The position numbers were made by a program, and so were the translations under genes. The notes under the pieces are model-generated. The model searched no databases. It worked only from the letters and a program-made list of their open reading frames with translations, and was not told the origin of the DNA. From Chiloscyllium plagiosum (Eukaryota), in contig NC_057719.1 in the NCBI RefSeq assembly GCF_004010195.1, positions 73,087,446-73,151,445 of the forward strand: a stretch of 64,000 nucleotides of DNA. Reading direction: 5' to 3'. Shown in pieces: positions 24,069-35,904 of the stretch. Within the stretch, counting starts at the first letter, position 1, and each line of letters starts with the position of its first letter.

Positions 24069-27000
24069 GTTGGTAATAGAGTTAAGTTCCAAAGGTCTTT
24101 TTTTTTTAAATGGAATGTTTGTGTTTTGGCATTTAATAAAACCTTTGTTTGAGGAATGTGGGGAAATGCACTTGGGGAATGTTTGAAATATTTATTTTGA
24201 AATGATGTGTAATAGATTTGAGGGAAAATTATCCATTTGATTTCCTATGCTGTTCACTTTCTAATTGTGCTCCAATTCTTTAATTATCTTATTAAGAATT
24301 GTTTCAATATATTTCAAATACAACATAATGTTCCCACGCTTACATCTGTCACTTAAGTGCTTAAAATAAATATTACTTTTGTAAAATCTTTTGACACTGA
24401 TATCTGTCTTATGATTGAAATAAATGCAGAACAATAATCTTACTTTCAGGTTGTTAAGACATAGCTGTGTGAGGGGTAGCAAAGTCTATCACATACCTCC
24501 TGTGCATTTGTTAATCAGGCTTTGAGTTCACATGTGTTCCATAGTCTGTTCTGGGTGACCTGTTGCAAATTTCCCCATATATACAACAATTATCCACCTC
24601 AGCTGTAACCTACGCACATGTCCATGGGTTTTGCTGAAGATTGAAACTTTCCATGCGGAAGATTCCTTCTGCTAAACTTTAGCAAGGCATTTGCTTGGAA
24701 CTTCTTGTGAACTTAATTTAAATTTCATCCCAGTTGAAGTTGCTTTGTCAAGATTAAACGTAATAAAAATTTCAGTGTTGAAGGAAACAACATTGGGCTG
24801 GGTGGAGGAACGCATGAGTCTAATGTCATTTCTTATCCTGAATTTTTAAAAATTACATCATATGAACAAGCTGAATCTCAAACTCTATTCAAGTATTAAA
24901 GTGGATTGGGATAAATATGTTAAGTATATTATTGTATTAATTCAGTTTAATTTTCTTACAGTCGGAAGTGAATTTATTTGTTACAGGTCATGCAATTGCT
25001 TTCCTACACAGGAATTCATCAGAGGTGTATTTTCAGGTTATTTAGGCACAGGTGCAATATGTGGGTAACAAATGGTGCTTAAGCAATATTCCCAGTATTT
25101 CAGTTCAGAAATTTGTGTTTAGCTTTGTGTGCAAACAACAAATGTACAAACCTTGCATGCATGGCATAGAATACATTGCATTTGTTAATGTTTCAAAACT
25201 GAGTGAAGAAGGAAACTACTGTTAATGGATAGTGAGTTTTTTGGATCAAAATGGGGAGTAATTTTAGCCACCAAAATATAGGGATGGTTCGTATGTGGTT
25301 TAAAGAGCTAAAAATCTGGATCAGCGCTTGAACGCATCAATGTTAGATTTTAACCTACATAGATGATGTATTTGTGATCAAGCTACTCTTATTGGGTCAG
25401 TGGTTATCTTTTTAAGAAAGCTGTGGATTATTTTTACAAGGTTTCTGTTGTTGGCCAAAACTTGTGAGGTTTGGGAAACATGCTTTGGGTGAAAATGGCT
25501 AGATCCATTGGGTGTATGGCCTTACTGGTTAGGGCAGAATAAGAGTGCTTCCCAATGATCTATTCTGTCATCGCCCACATTGTGCAACAGTCCCACCTGA
25601 ATTAATATCAAAGTTGATTTCATTAGTAATGAGTTAAGGACCTTCAATTCTTATAGATAACTGAATACTTGCACATTTTCATTTGGCATAAAAATAATAT
25701 GTTAAATGAGACTGTTGTAAAAAGTTTATAACAGTGCTGGCAGATCAACCATTGTTTATGGCTAGCTGGAATATGAAACAGCATTGTGATTATTCAAGTG
25801 CAGATTATGTCTAATTATGAGTAACTCCTGAGCTCCATATCATGAGTCTCTCTCTTGTGGATACATAATTTCAATGTCATTACAATGTTGTAATTAATTT
25901 GGGAGAACCATTGTAATTTTGGCATGTCAGAGAAGATTTGGTACCTTGCATAGTATTTTAAAGTGCCTTTTTAAAAATGTTAGCTTTTTTTGATAATCTG
26001 TCAGATTATTGAAATATAAAAAATTGTTTAACAATTTGAACTAATTTAGTATTCTGCACTAAAACGGGTTCTAATGATATCAGTGCTTATTGTATTAGAA
26101 GTCCTGATTTCAAGGAGTAGAATTAATAGGGATGGAAGTATGGATGAATGGGGCTTAAGTTGTGAAGAGCTAGAAACCTAGCTGAGTGCAGTTTCTCATG
26201 TACATTGAAGCCAAAATACTCCAGTCAGGAGGTGTATTCAGAAAACAAGATTTTCTTGTAGATTTGATGGTGACATGATCAGGAAATCTGGCTCAGTTTA
26301 TCAAGTGAAACTCCACTTTGTGGATCAATAGGAAAAGTCAAGGTAAGAGACTTTGAATAGCTAGTGGCATTAGTAAGATATAATACTCAAAATGGATTCT
26401 GTGAATGTTTAGAGATATCTTTTAAACAGCTTGTGTTATTGTGTGATCTTAGTGCTCCAAATCATAATTCCATCCATCTCATTTTATACCATTTGGTCCT
26501 TACTGGAAAGGATTTTGATATTTGAAGTTGTATCTAAAATGTTTCAAGCAGCTTTCACTCTGTCTTTTGAAATAGTTGTAGATATTAAGGGATAAAATTT
26601 AAGTACTGAGGCCAGCTTATAGAATTTAATTAATACCGTAGATTCAGTTATCCCTTCACAGAATTATCACCCAATTGACCTACATTTGTATCGTACCTTA
26701 ATGCAGTTATATGAATCAAGGTGTTTTATTGGGATTTATTAGGCCCTGTGTATTTTGAACAGCACTAAGGTGATTTTGTTTTTTGGAGGCACGCTCAAAT
26801 TGAGTTTCATCAACTGAAGAGAAGGACAGAAGGGAAGGTCTAAAATGGTAGAAGGCAGAAAAGACCAAGTGATGGTTCATGCAACAAAAGCTGAAAGGTA
26901 TAGTAACAGGACAGGTGACAAATCAAAAGCTGTATAATGTGTAGATGTTGCATAGCAAGCATCCAGGTGCAAAGGGGAGGAATAAAGAATGAAAAATACA

Positions 27001-27319
27001 TCAGCAAAAATAAACCTTCTGGAAGGAGAGGTTATGATCTAAAGTCATTGCACTTGGTCTTGAGTCCAGAAGATTCGAGTGTCAAGTTGAAAAGTGCAGT
27101 GCTTCTTGAATTCATGAAAGATCATGTTTGTCAAGTCTGTTTCTATCTGACATGCTTCCCCTGCGGAGTAATTTTAGCATTTTTTAATTCCAATTTCCAG
27201 CTTATGCAGAATTTTATTTTTATAGAAAGTTGTCACTTTGCCTGCCTTCCCTCTCTGCTATTGTATAAGTTCAAAATGCTTGAAATTGATTTGGACAAAT
27301 AAATAAATCATAGCCAATG

Positions 27320-27890
27320 TTCTGTTATCAGAAGAAGAGTACTAAAGTAAGGAGATTATGCAGAACTTACATAATACACTTAGTAAAACCTCACCTGGAA
27401 TTTGTCCAATTCTGGTTGCCATACTGTAGGAGGAATTGAATATATGCAGGAGTGTGCAGAAGAGATGTACAAGAATTGTTCCAGGGGTGCCAAACTTTAG
27501 TTATGAGGGTAGATTGAGGTTAGGACTGTCCTTGGAGAGGTAAAAACTATGATGAGATCTGGTAGACATTTTCAAGATCATTGGATAGAGTAGATAGGGA
27601 GAAGCTGTTCTTGGCTGTCTTTAAAAAAATCGCAAATGAGAGGACACAGATTTAAAATTGTGTGCCAAAGAAAGAAGTGTATGAAAAATCCTTTCTGGAA
27701 TGCACTGCATGGAATGTGGTAGATTCAATTGAGGCATTCAAGAGGGCATTTGATTATTATTTAAATAGAAATAATATGCAAGGATTTGGGGAAAAGGAAG
27801 GAAATTTGCTCTAAGTCATGATGCTCATTTGAAGAGCCTGTATAGCCTGATGGGCTAACTGGCTTCCTTCTGTGATTCTGTGACACTTCT
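27320..27890 (+). mobile_element. Degenerate CR1 3' fragment in MAX intron 3
   Basis: LVKPHLE..QFW remnants and a tgattct-type tail. Confidence 0.65.
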
Positions 27891-28669
27891 ATGATTGATG
27901 TATGAAAGTTGGCTGAAAACATTGAAAATCAGTGGTCAGTAAATATACGTACAATTGTAAATTTGTAAGTTGTTTAACACACTTTGTTACATTTGAAGGT
28001 GCTTTGTAAATGCAAGTTGATGTAGATGGAAGCAGAATGTTGATGGATTGAGTGAGTGGGCAAAACCATCCCAGCTGGAGTTTAATGCATTGATTAGGCC
28101 TGTATTCCCTTAAATGTAGATGATGAAGGGATAATTTAATTTGAGATTATTTTAAGATGATCAGAAGATTTGTAAAGTAGGATGAGAGGAACGGTTTCCT
28201 CTTGGAAGTGCAGAACAGTCCATTCGATTGTGTCAGGCAGTTCAGGAAGATGCCAGCAGTAACCTCTTCTTCAAAGGGTGGTGGTAAAACACTTCCACTA
28301 AGTATTGGCTGAGTTGAAATTTCTTCCCAACTAAACATTGAGAATGGCAAAGCTATTATTCTCCGTCCTCTCCATAAACTGTTCCTTATCCCTCATTCTG
28401 GAAAAATGCATGAAGCTGAATCAGAATATTCACGACCTTGTCATCATGTTTGACCCTGAGCTTAGCTACTGATCAAATATTCATGCTTTTGTTAAGACTG
28501 CCTGTTTCCACCTCTTTAGTATTGTACAGTTACTGTTAAAATCTCTCATCTGTGCCTCTGCTACCTATGGCTCTGATTTATTCCAAGGCTATCCTGGTCT
28601 CACCTAAAATTTAGGTTACTGCTACGCTGACTGCAACCAAATTCTGTTGCACCCATCACTTCTGTACAG

Positions 28670-29420
28670 CATTCCCTACTTGCAAAGCGAAGAAGAACAC
28701 CATTAGAGTCTTCACCAAGAACATATATCCCCACAACTTCATCTGCAGATGCCAAAAAGACAGACAACGCGACGAGGACGTGCCACAACCCACCACACTA
28801 ATCTCTCTGCCTTACTTAAAAAAAACAGTCTCAGAACTGACAGCCAGACATCTCCGACAACTCTGATTCCTGGCAGACCATAAACCGACAACCACGCTCA
28901 AGCAACAACTCACCAGAACAAAAGACCCTATACCCATCATGTGCAAGACAAACGTAAAAGATTCCATGCAAAGACTGCACAAAACACTATTTAGGAAAAA
29001 AGGCAACTAGCAATCCACATCCACAAACACCAACTAGTCACTAAACGCCGCAATCAGCTGTCCGTAGTAGCCATACATGCTGATGAAGAGGACCATAAAT
29101 TTGGCTGGGATAATACAACAATCGCAGGACAAGCTAAACCAAGGACAGTCAGAGAATTTCTAAAGGCATGGCATTCATCCACTGACTCCATCAACAAAAC
29201 ATACACACTGAGACCCAATATACCGGCCATTATAACAATCAATTGGAAGCAGCACCAAATAAATTCCAGAAGACAGTACCGCAGGATTTCACAGGAAGCT
29301 TCAAAGCCCTGAAGATGTCACTGAGACAGGGGAAGGAATGTCTGCAAATCAACTTCTCAGCTCGGCAAATATTCCCATGGCAAACCACACCCGAGCTACA
29401 AATCTTTATATAAACCTGGA
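28670..29420 (+). mobile_element. Decayed Penelope-like element: RT thumb, GIY-YIG endonuclease and pLTR (family C)
   Basis: Hand translation across frameshifts gives ISLPYL...SELTARHLRQL...HKPTTTLKQQLTRTKDPIP...KIPCKDCTKHYLG...HKFGWDNT...REFLKAW. A degenerate hammerhead follows at about 29306-29345. Confidence 0.8.
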
Positions 29421-30271
29421 GCACTGCTATATATTGGGTCTTAATTCAACAATTGATTCTGGTCAATTAATATGTTCAAAATTTAACTTAATTTTTAAAA
29501 TTAAAGTTTAATTTTTGTTCCTATATTGGGGAAAATGGAAGCAAAGCATTAAAAAACAGATCAACAGTGTTCTATTTGAATGTCAGAACACCTTGATTGT
29601 CTGAATGAATGGCATCTTTTCCAATATTCTTTTGTTCCTATTTCAGTGTGAAGGGGTTACAAAATATGTTTGAAACTTTGTATTATACAAGTACTTAGTT
29701 CAAGTTCAGAAATTAAACTTGGACTTTACAATAATAGAAGCAAAATGCTGGAAATGTAAAATAAGCACAGATTGTGCTAGAGAAATTCAGTCTTGGCAGC
29801 ATCTATGGAGAAAAAGGCACAACATTTCAGTTCCAATATGACTCCTGTTTAGAACTAGTTTTTACGGTGTTAGCTTATCAGTTAAGATCAAGGAACAAAT
29901 ATTAGCCAAGAAATTGTGAAGAACCACTCTGCTGTTAAGGGATTTTGAGGTTCTAACACAAGGCAGATGGATAGATTTTTCAGTTATAGAACATCCAGTT
30001 GTATGGTGGAATAGACTTAAAAGGGTGTTTCCTGTTCCTGTATAACAGATTAAAGAGACAGCAAGGCGTAGGTGTATGACCTGGAACTGAGAGCAAAAAT
30101 ATTAATGGTCGGTTTCATGAAGTAACTTAGAAGAAAGGGAATACCAAAAACATTCCCAGAAAAAGGACACGGTCCATGATTTATCATATTAATCCCATTT
30201 CACAAGGAAAGAATTGAGATTTGGTTAAATTGCTATAATTTACTTTGTTTCTAAAAAGTCATTAATCATGC

Positions 30272-30627
30272 GTGTGTGACAAGGTGGTTCATTGATGAGC
30301 ACTACTTCGTCATAGCGCCAGGGACCCAGGTTTGCTTCTAGACATGTGTGACTGTGTGGAGTTTGCATATTCTCCCAGTAACTGCGTGGGTTTCCTCCAG
30401 GTTTTCCAGTTTCCTCCTCATCCAAAGGTGTGCAGATTAGATAGATTTTTTTGGCCATGCTAAATTGTACTGTAGTCTCCATTGATGTCCATAGGTTCAT
30501 TAGCTTCGTAAATTTGTGGCTACGGGGCTTAAGTCTGAGTACAACACTGTCAGGGCGGTCGGTGCAGTTTTGATGGGCTGAATGGCCTCTTTCTGCACTG
30601 TGTGCATTGTATGATTCTATGATTCTT
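30272..30627 (+). mobile_element. Older HE1/V-SINE-like copy
   Basis: V-domain-like tgtgtggagtttgcatattctccc...gcgtgggtttcctcc and a (TATGATTC)n tail. Confidence 0.8.
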
Positions 30628-30849
30628 ATCCATCAAAATTTGACAAAGTGTACATTAGCGCATGCAAGTCAAAATATCGATTCAGATAGCTGGATAATTC
30701 CTTTGCATTTCTTGAATGTTGTAATGTGCTATGATCAGAAAGAACATCTTGTGTTCTATTGAGAATTCTGTTGAGCAAATTCTCTCACCTCTTAACCAAG
30801 TTAAAAATATTAATTGTTTTGTGAGGACATTTTTCACAATTAGTGTGTG

Positions 30850-31062
30850 TAATGAAGGCAAGCGTGCCAAATGTTGCCTCCATCGCCCTGTCTACCTGCG
30901 GCTCCACTTTCAAGGAACTATGCACCTGCACCATTGGGTCTCTGTTCAGTAATACTCCCCAGAGTCCTACCATTAACTGTATAAGTCTTGTCCTGGTTTG
31001 CCTGACTAAACCAGTTTGTAAAGGCTAGGTATCACTGTGGAAATGTATTTTTCAGACTGGTT
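30850..31062. repeat. 213-bp near-identical copy of 31925-32137
   Basis: Direct comparison: same length, about 4 substitutions. Confidence 0.92.
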
Positions 31063-31337
31063 TGAGTAATTACCTGCCTTATTATCCCAGATGGAATACC
31101 TAAAGCTGATCCAAAACACACCATAAGATATTTTTGGCAGACAACTTTCTAATGATTCAGTTTTCCTCTCCAGTTATGCAACCAGGAGTGTGAAACTTCG
31201 AACCTAGAATCAAATGGGAGTTGGGGCGGGGGTGAGGGGTGATTGCCCTAAACTTTCCCGAAGGTAATATCCTTTTTATGTTATACGGCTACAAAAGCAG
31301 TAATGAAACTTCTGTCAGAATTAAAAGTGAGGTGTTT

Positions 31338-32085
31338 CTTAGAGTCATACAACATGGAAACAGACTGTTCAGTACAACTTGGACATGTTGATCAAACGTT
31401 CCGATCTGACCTCGTCCCATTTACTAGTATTTGGCACATATCCATCTCAACCCTTCTTATTCATGTACCCATCCAGATGCCTTTTAAATGTTATAATTGT
31501 ACTCGCCTACACCACTTCTGGCAGCTCGTTCCACACACTCATCATCCTCTGCATGAAAATGTTACCCCTCTGGTCCTTTTCAAATCTTTCCCCTCTCACC
31601 TTAAACCTGTGGCCTCTAGTTTTGGACTCCCTCACCCTAGGAAAAAGACATTAGCTATTCACCCTATCAATGCCAATCATTTTCTAAATGTCTATAAACC
31701 CTACAGCCACTGATGCTGCAGGGAAAAAATGCTCCAGCTTCTCTATATAGTTCAAACCCTCCAGTCCTGGCAACATAGTTGTCAATCTTTTCTACACTCT
31801 CAAGTTTAACAACAACTTTCTTTGAAGGGAGAGCAAAATTGTATGCGGTATTCTAAAAGTGGCCTCACCAATGTCCTGTACAGCCACAACATGATGTTTC
31901 AACTCCTATACTTACTGTTCTGACTAATGAAGGCAAGCGTGCCAAATGTTGCCTCCATCACCCTGTCTACCTGCGGCTCCACTTTCAAGGAACTATGCAC
32001 CTGCACCATTGGGTCTCTGTTCAGTAATACTCCCCAGAGTCCTACCATTAACTGTATAAGTCTTGTCCTGGTTTGTCTGACCAAA
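31338..32085 (-). mobile_element. CR1 LINE 3' fragment
   Basis: VQVHSSLKVEPQVDRV and CR1 3' UTR on -. Confidence 0.88.
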
Positions 32086-32276
32086 CCAGTTTGTAAAGGC
32101 CAGGTATCACTGTGGAAATGTATTTTTCAGACTGGTTGTACTTTGAGGATTCATGAAAAATTGAGCTTCGGGAAGTGCTGCATGATTGCTTTATCATAAA
32201 CATGACTTTTTCATAAACCAACTTTGGTAGCAGAAGCCACTGTTGGTTAATGACAGGTGTAATTCTTTGATTAAAG

Positions 32277-32930
32277 GTGAAGAGTGTGATGCTGGGAAAG
32301 CACAGCCGGTTAGGCAGCATCAGAGGAGTGGGAGAATCCACGTTTCGGGCATAAGGAACGAGGCTTGTGGGCCAAGGGGGCTGAGAGATAAATGGCAGGG
32401 GGTGGGGCTGGGGGATAGGTAGATGAAAATGGGAATGAAAGTGAGAGGAAGGTGGAGCAGGTAAGTGGAAAGGAAGATGGACAGGTAGGACCATTCGAGG
32501 GTGGTGCCAAGTTGGGAGGTTGTTACTGGGATAAGGTGAAAGGAGGGAGCACTTCAACCACATGGGATCAATGTGGATTTCACCAGTTTCCTCATTTGTC
32601 CTCCTCCCACCTTATCCCAGTCCCAACCTCCAACTCGGCATCGCCCTTTTGAGCGGTTCTACCTGTCCGTCTTCCTTCCCACCTTTCTGCTCCACCCTTC
32701 TTTCCAACCCACCACTTCCACCCCTTTCTATATTGATCTTTTGCATTCCCAGCTACCTTTCCCCAGCCCCACTCCCTCCCATTTATCTCAGTCCCCTTGG
32801 CCCACAAGCCTCATTCCTGATGAGCTTATGCCCAAAACTCCTCCTCGGATGCTGCCTGACCGGCTTTGCTTTTCCAGCACCACACTCTTCAACTCTGATC
32901 TCCTGCATCTGCCGTCCTCACTTTCTCCTA
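32277..32930. mobile_element. Long palindromic Penelope-like insertion, family A
   Basis: Arms of roughly 250-290 bp are imperfect inverted copies; hammerhead cores are degenerate. Imperfect TSD tttg(a/c)ttaaag at 32266-32276 and 32933-32943. Confidence 0.8.
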
Positions 32931-33309
32931 CTTTTGCTTAAAGACTATCTTGACAACCTGCTTTGACAATTTTTAAATTGTAATAATTGCTTGGTTCTAT
33001 CATTTTTGTTTTTCCGTAATGATAAGATATGAATCTTAACTGAAATCCACCTATTTCATAGAAGTACAAAGGTTTTACTTGTGAAATATTAGTCTTCATT
33101 ATAAAAAGTTAGTATATAATGGTTTTTAAAAATAAATTAAGTGCTTGTAGAAATGACTAAAGGTGAAATAGTAATGATTGTGGAAATGTCTTCATGTTCT
33201 ATTTAGTCAAATTTGATCCTGATTAACTGACTACTATGATGTTTAAAATTCCATTTATTAAATCTAATGTTTCTCAGAACCATAAGAACAACACTGAAGG
33301 AAGGCAATA

Positions 33310-33634
33310 CAGTACAACCTCGATTATTCGAACGAGCTGGGTGGGGAGTATTTTGTTCGGATAACTGATCTGATCATAAACAAGCGGTAATTTGAGTGTC
33401 GGTTATCTGGCAATACATGCCATAATGCCATTTTACTGATATCTGATCGTAAACAAGTCATTTGAGTGTCGTGTTATCGAACATGCTCAGTTATCCGGCA
33501 ATGCACGCCATAATGCTGTTCAACTGATAACTGAATGCTGAATTACCGTAATGCCATTTTTATGGGGCATTAAGATCTTGTTCGGATAATCCAAAATTCA
33601 GATCATTGATGTTCGGTTTATCGAGGTTGTACTG
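33310..33634. mobile_element. Tigger/pogo-like MITE
   Basis: Perfect 15-bp TIR CAGTACAACCTCGAT, TA on both sides, internal duplicated segments. Confidence 0.88.
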
Positions 33635-34056
33635 TATATTGCAGCCAGTCTCAGTAACCCAGACAATTTATTTCAACACTACTGTTATTCAGTCAAGATA
33701 TGGATGTTTTATAATAACAAGATATTCACATCTACTGTCATATGCATCATTGAGATTCCTGCATGAAAATACTTTCACAGCTGTTTTATAATCAAATAAG
33801 AAAACACTAACTTGTATTTTAAGATAATGTTATTCTAGCATGTATCTATAACATCAGATAATTACACATACTAAATGGTAGCACAGTGTCTCAATTAAAA
33901 TACTTCAGATAGGTTTTTCTCTCTTTTGACCTCCGATCTTTTGAGATAAAAATCTATGTGCCAGCTACTTTTGCAGTACCTTATTTTGTTGTTGTCATGT
34001 GAGCCTTATGTCACTAGCTATCAGGCCTGCACCAGGGAACCAAACCCCTTTCCCTT

Positions 34057-34264
34057 TAAGATTTGGAGATTCCGGTGTTAGACTGGGGTGTACAAAGTTA
34101 AAAATCACGCAACACCAGGTTATAATCCAACAGGTTTAATTGGAAGCACACTAGCTTTCAGAGCGCCACTCCTTCGCAATCACCTGATGAAGGAGTGGCG
34201 CTCCGAAAGCTAGTGTGCTTCCAATTAAACCTGTTGGACTATAACCTGGTGTTGTGATTTTTAA
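34057..34264. mobile_element. Palindromic Penelope-like pLTR insertion, family B
   Basis: Inverted arms 34097-34175 and 34189-34265. 10-bp TSD cctttccctt at 34047-34056 and 34265-34274. Confidence 0.82.
34181..34215 (+). ncRNA. Minimal type I hammerhead ribozyme motif
   Basis: CAC-CUGAUGA-A-GGAG(UGGCG)CUCC-GAA-AGCU-A-GUG. Stem I CAC/GUG, stem II GGAG/CUCC, self-complementary AGCU stem III, CUA triplet. Activity is not shown. Confidence 0.65.
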
Positions 34265-34611
34265 CCTTTCCCTTAACACAGGCCAACTACATTGGCCTGC
34301 CACAACTTATCTTTCCCCAATCCAGATTAAGTAGTGGATTGACAGAGAACATGAATAGTTTGTAACAACCCCAATCTGGTTATTCACTGAATAAACTCTC
34401 AGTTCATTGATTTCATCTGTTTAAGCTAATTTTGATTAAAAATCTACTCTTGCATGGTACTTTTAAGCAATAAATATTTGGTTGGTAATTGTTCTGTTAA
34501 CTACACAATGTGTTTTGCTCTTTGATACAATGAAGATTTGAATTTGAAATTAGATGGATTGCAGAACAGTTCAATAACTAACTTGGTCTTTCTTGAAAAT
34601 TGTTTCACTAG

Positions 34612-34735
34612 GCATCCCGTGCCCAAATCTTAGATAAAGCCACAGAGTATATTCAGTATATGCGGCGGAAAAACCACACACATCAGCAGGACATTGATGA
34701 CCTAAAACGACAGAATACTCTGCTTGAGCAGCAAG
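34612..34735 (+). CDS. MAX: MAX exon 4, helix 2 and leucine zipper ([41 protein letters not shown])
   Basis: tttcactAG acceptor, 124 nt, GTAAG donor. Translated by hand; not in the ORF track. Confidence 0.97.
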
Positions 34736-35269
34736 GTAAGATTCTAATTAAGTTCATTTGTATTTTGATTTGTAGTCTGGAAATTGTTGCAGGTTTGAGC
34801 AAACTTTATCTCTAATGAGGGAAGTGTCCCTTATACTTTGGCTCACTGTGAAGGTGCTTTTGCAATGCGTTAACTGCTTTTCCAAAAATGCACAGTACAA
34901 TTTTAAAATCAATTTTTTTAAAAAAACTAATAATTGTATTAAATTTGTAGTTAGAGCAATCCCTTTCAAAGGATTTTATTAGTCTTTCTTTGTGCTGTTT
35001 GAAGGTTCATTTTAAAAAGCTTAGATGATTGACCCTGCATTCAGGATATGTGGGCTATTTGAATAGAATAGTTTGAGAATCTTTGGAAAGGCCAATAATG
35101 GGGTGGGGGGTGGGAATCTACTGTAACTATTTCTAAATTTCAAATTTATTGCAGTCTTGGCAGGCTGGCCGAAAATAAATAGACGTGATTGAAAATAAGT
35201 GGTTTTAAAACCAGCTCTTTCAAACAAACCTGTACAAGTTATTAAATGAGATTATTCATGTCTTGACAA

Positions 35270-35459
35270 CCGGAAGCAGCAGAGACAAACCACTATAAAT
35301 GTCGGAGGAAACATCACAGAAGCGCATCACAGGAGGCTCCCAAGCACTGAGGGTATTACCTAGACAGGGGACGAAACGTCTGCAACACAAATTCCCAGCT
35401 CAGTGAACAGAACCCCAACAATGAGCGCCCGAGCTACAAATCTTCTCACAAACTTTGAA
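35270..35459 (+). mobile_element. Penelope-like pLTR, family C, with a mutated hammerhead
   Basis: Homologous to about 29245-29415. TATAAAT near 35294. GCA-CTGAGGG...GAAACGTC-TGC at 35344-35383, where CUGANGA is mutated at the last position. Confidence 0.72.
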
Positions 35460-35904
35460 TTATTTTCTGTTTTATAATATCTAAAAGGTTACCTCATTAC
35501 CTAAATTCATATTTTCTCTTTGATAGACCAAATGTTCACTGATTAATATTGTCAATGAGATGTAGAAGTAGTCAATGTTTAATTATTAAGTATTTAGATG
35601 CAAAATTCATGCAGTGACTTTACTTTGTTCAAGTACTGATTTTGGTCTAATGGTAGGGGCGATGGGGAACATAATTCTTAAGCATTGAAATGCAAGATCG
35701 GATCTGCTTTGCCCACCACTCTTGGACATATCAATAAGGATGGTTCAAGTTTCAACTGACAATGCCACTCAGTTTCTATGTGATTTGAAATATGACATAT
35801 CAAGACTGTTGTTGGTGAACCAGGCCTTGTTCTGAGGTATATCAAAGTTCTCAGTACAGTTGGCTGTTAACTTGTGAAGTGTTCTGGTGCTGCCATTGCC
35901 AACT

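Noticed and set aside
33340..33600. Internally repeated 20-40 bp units resembling a spaced array
   Set aside because: Internal duplications of a TA-flanked MITE. There is no constant repeat-spacer period and the DNA is eukaryotic, so this is not CRISPR.
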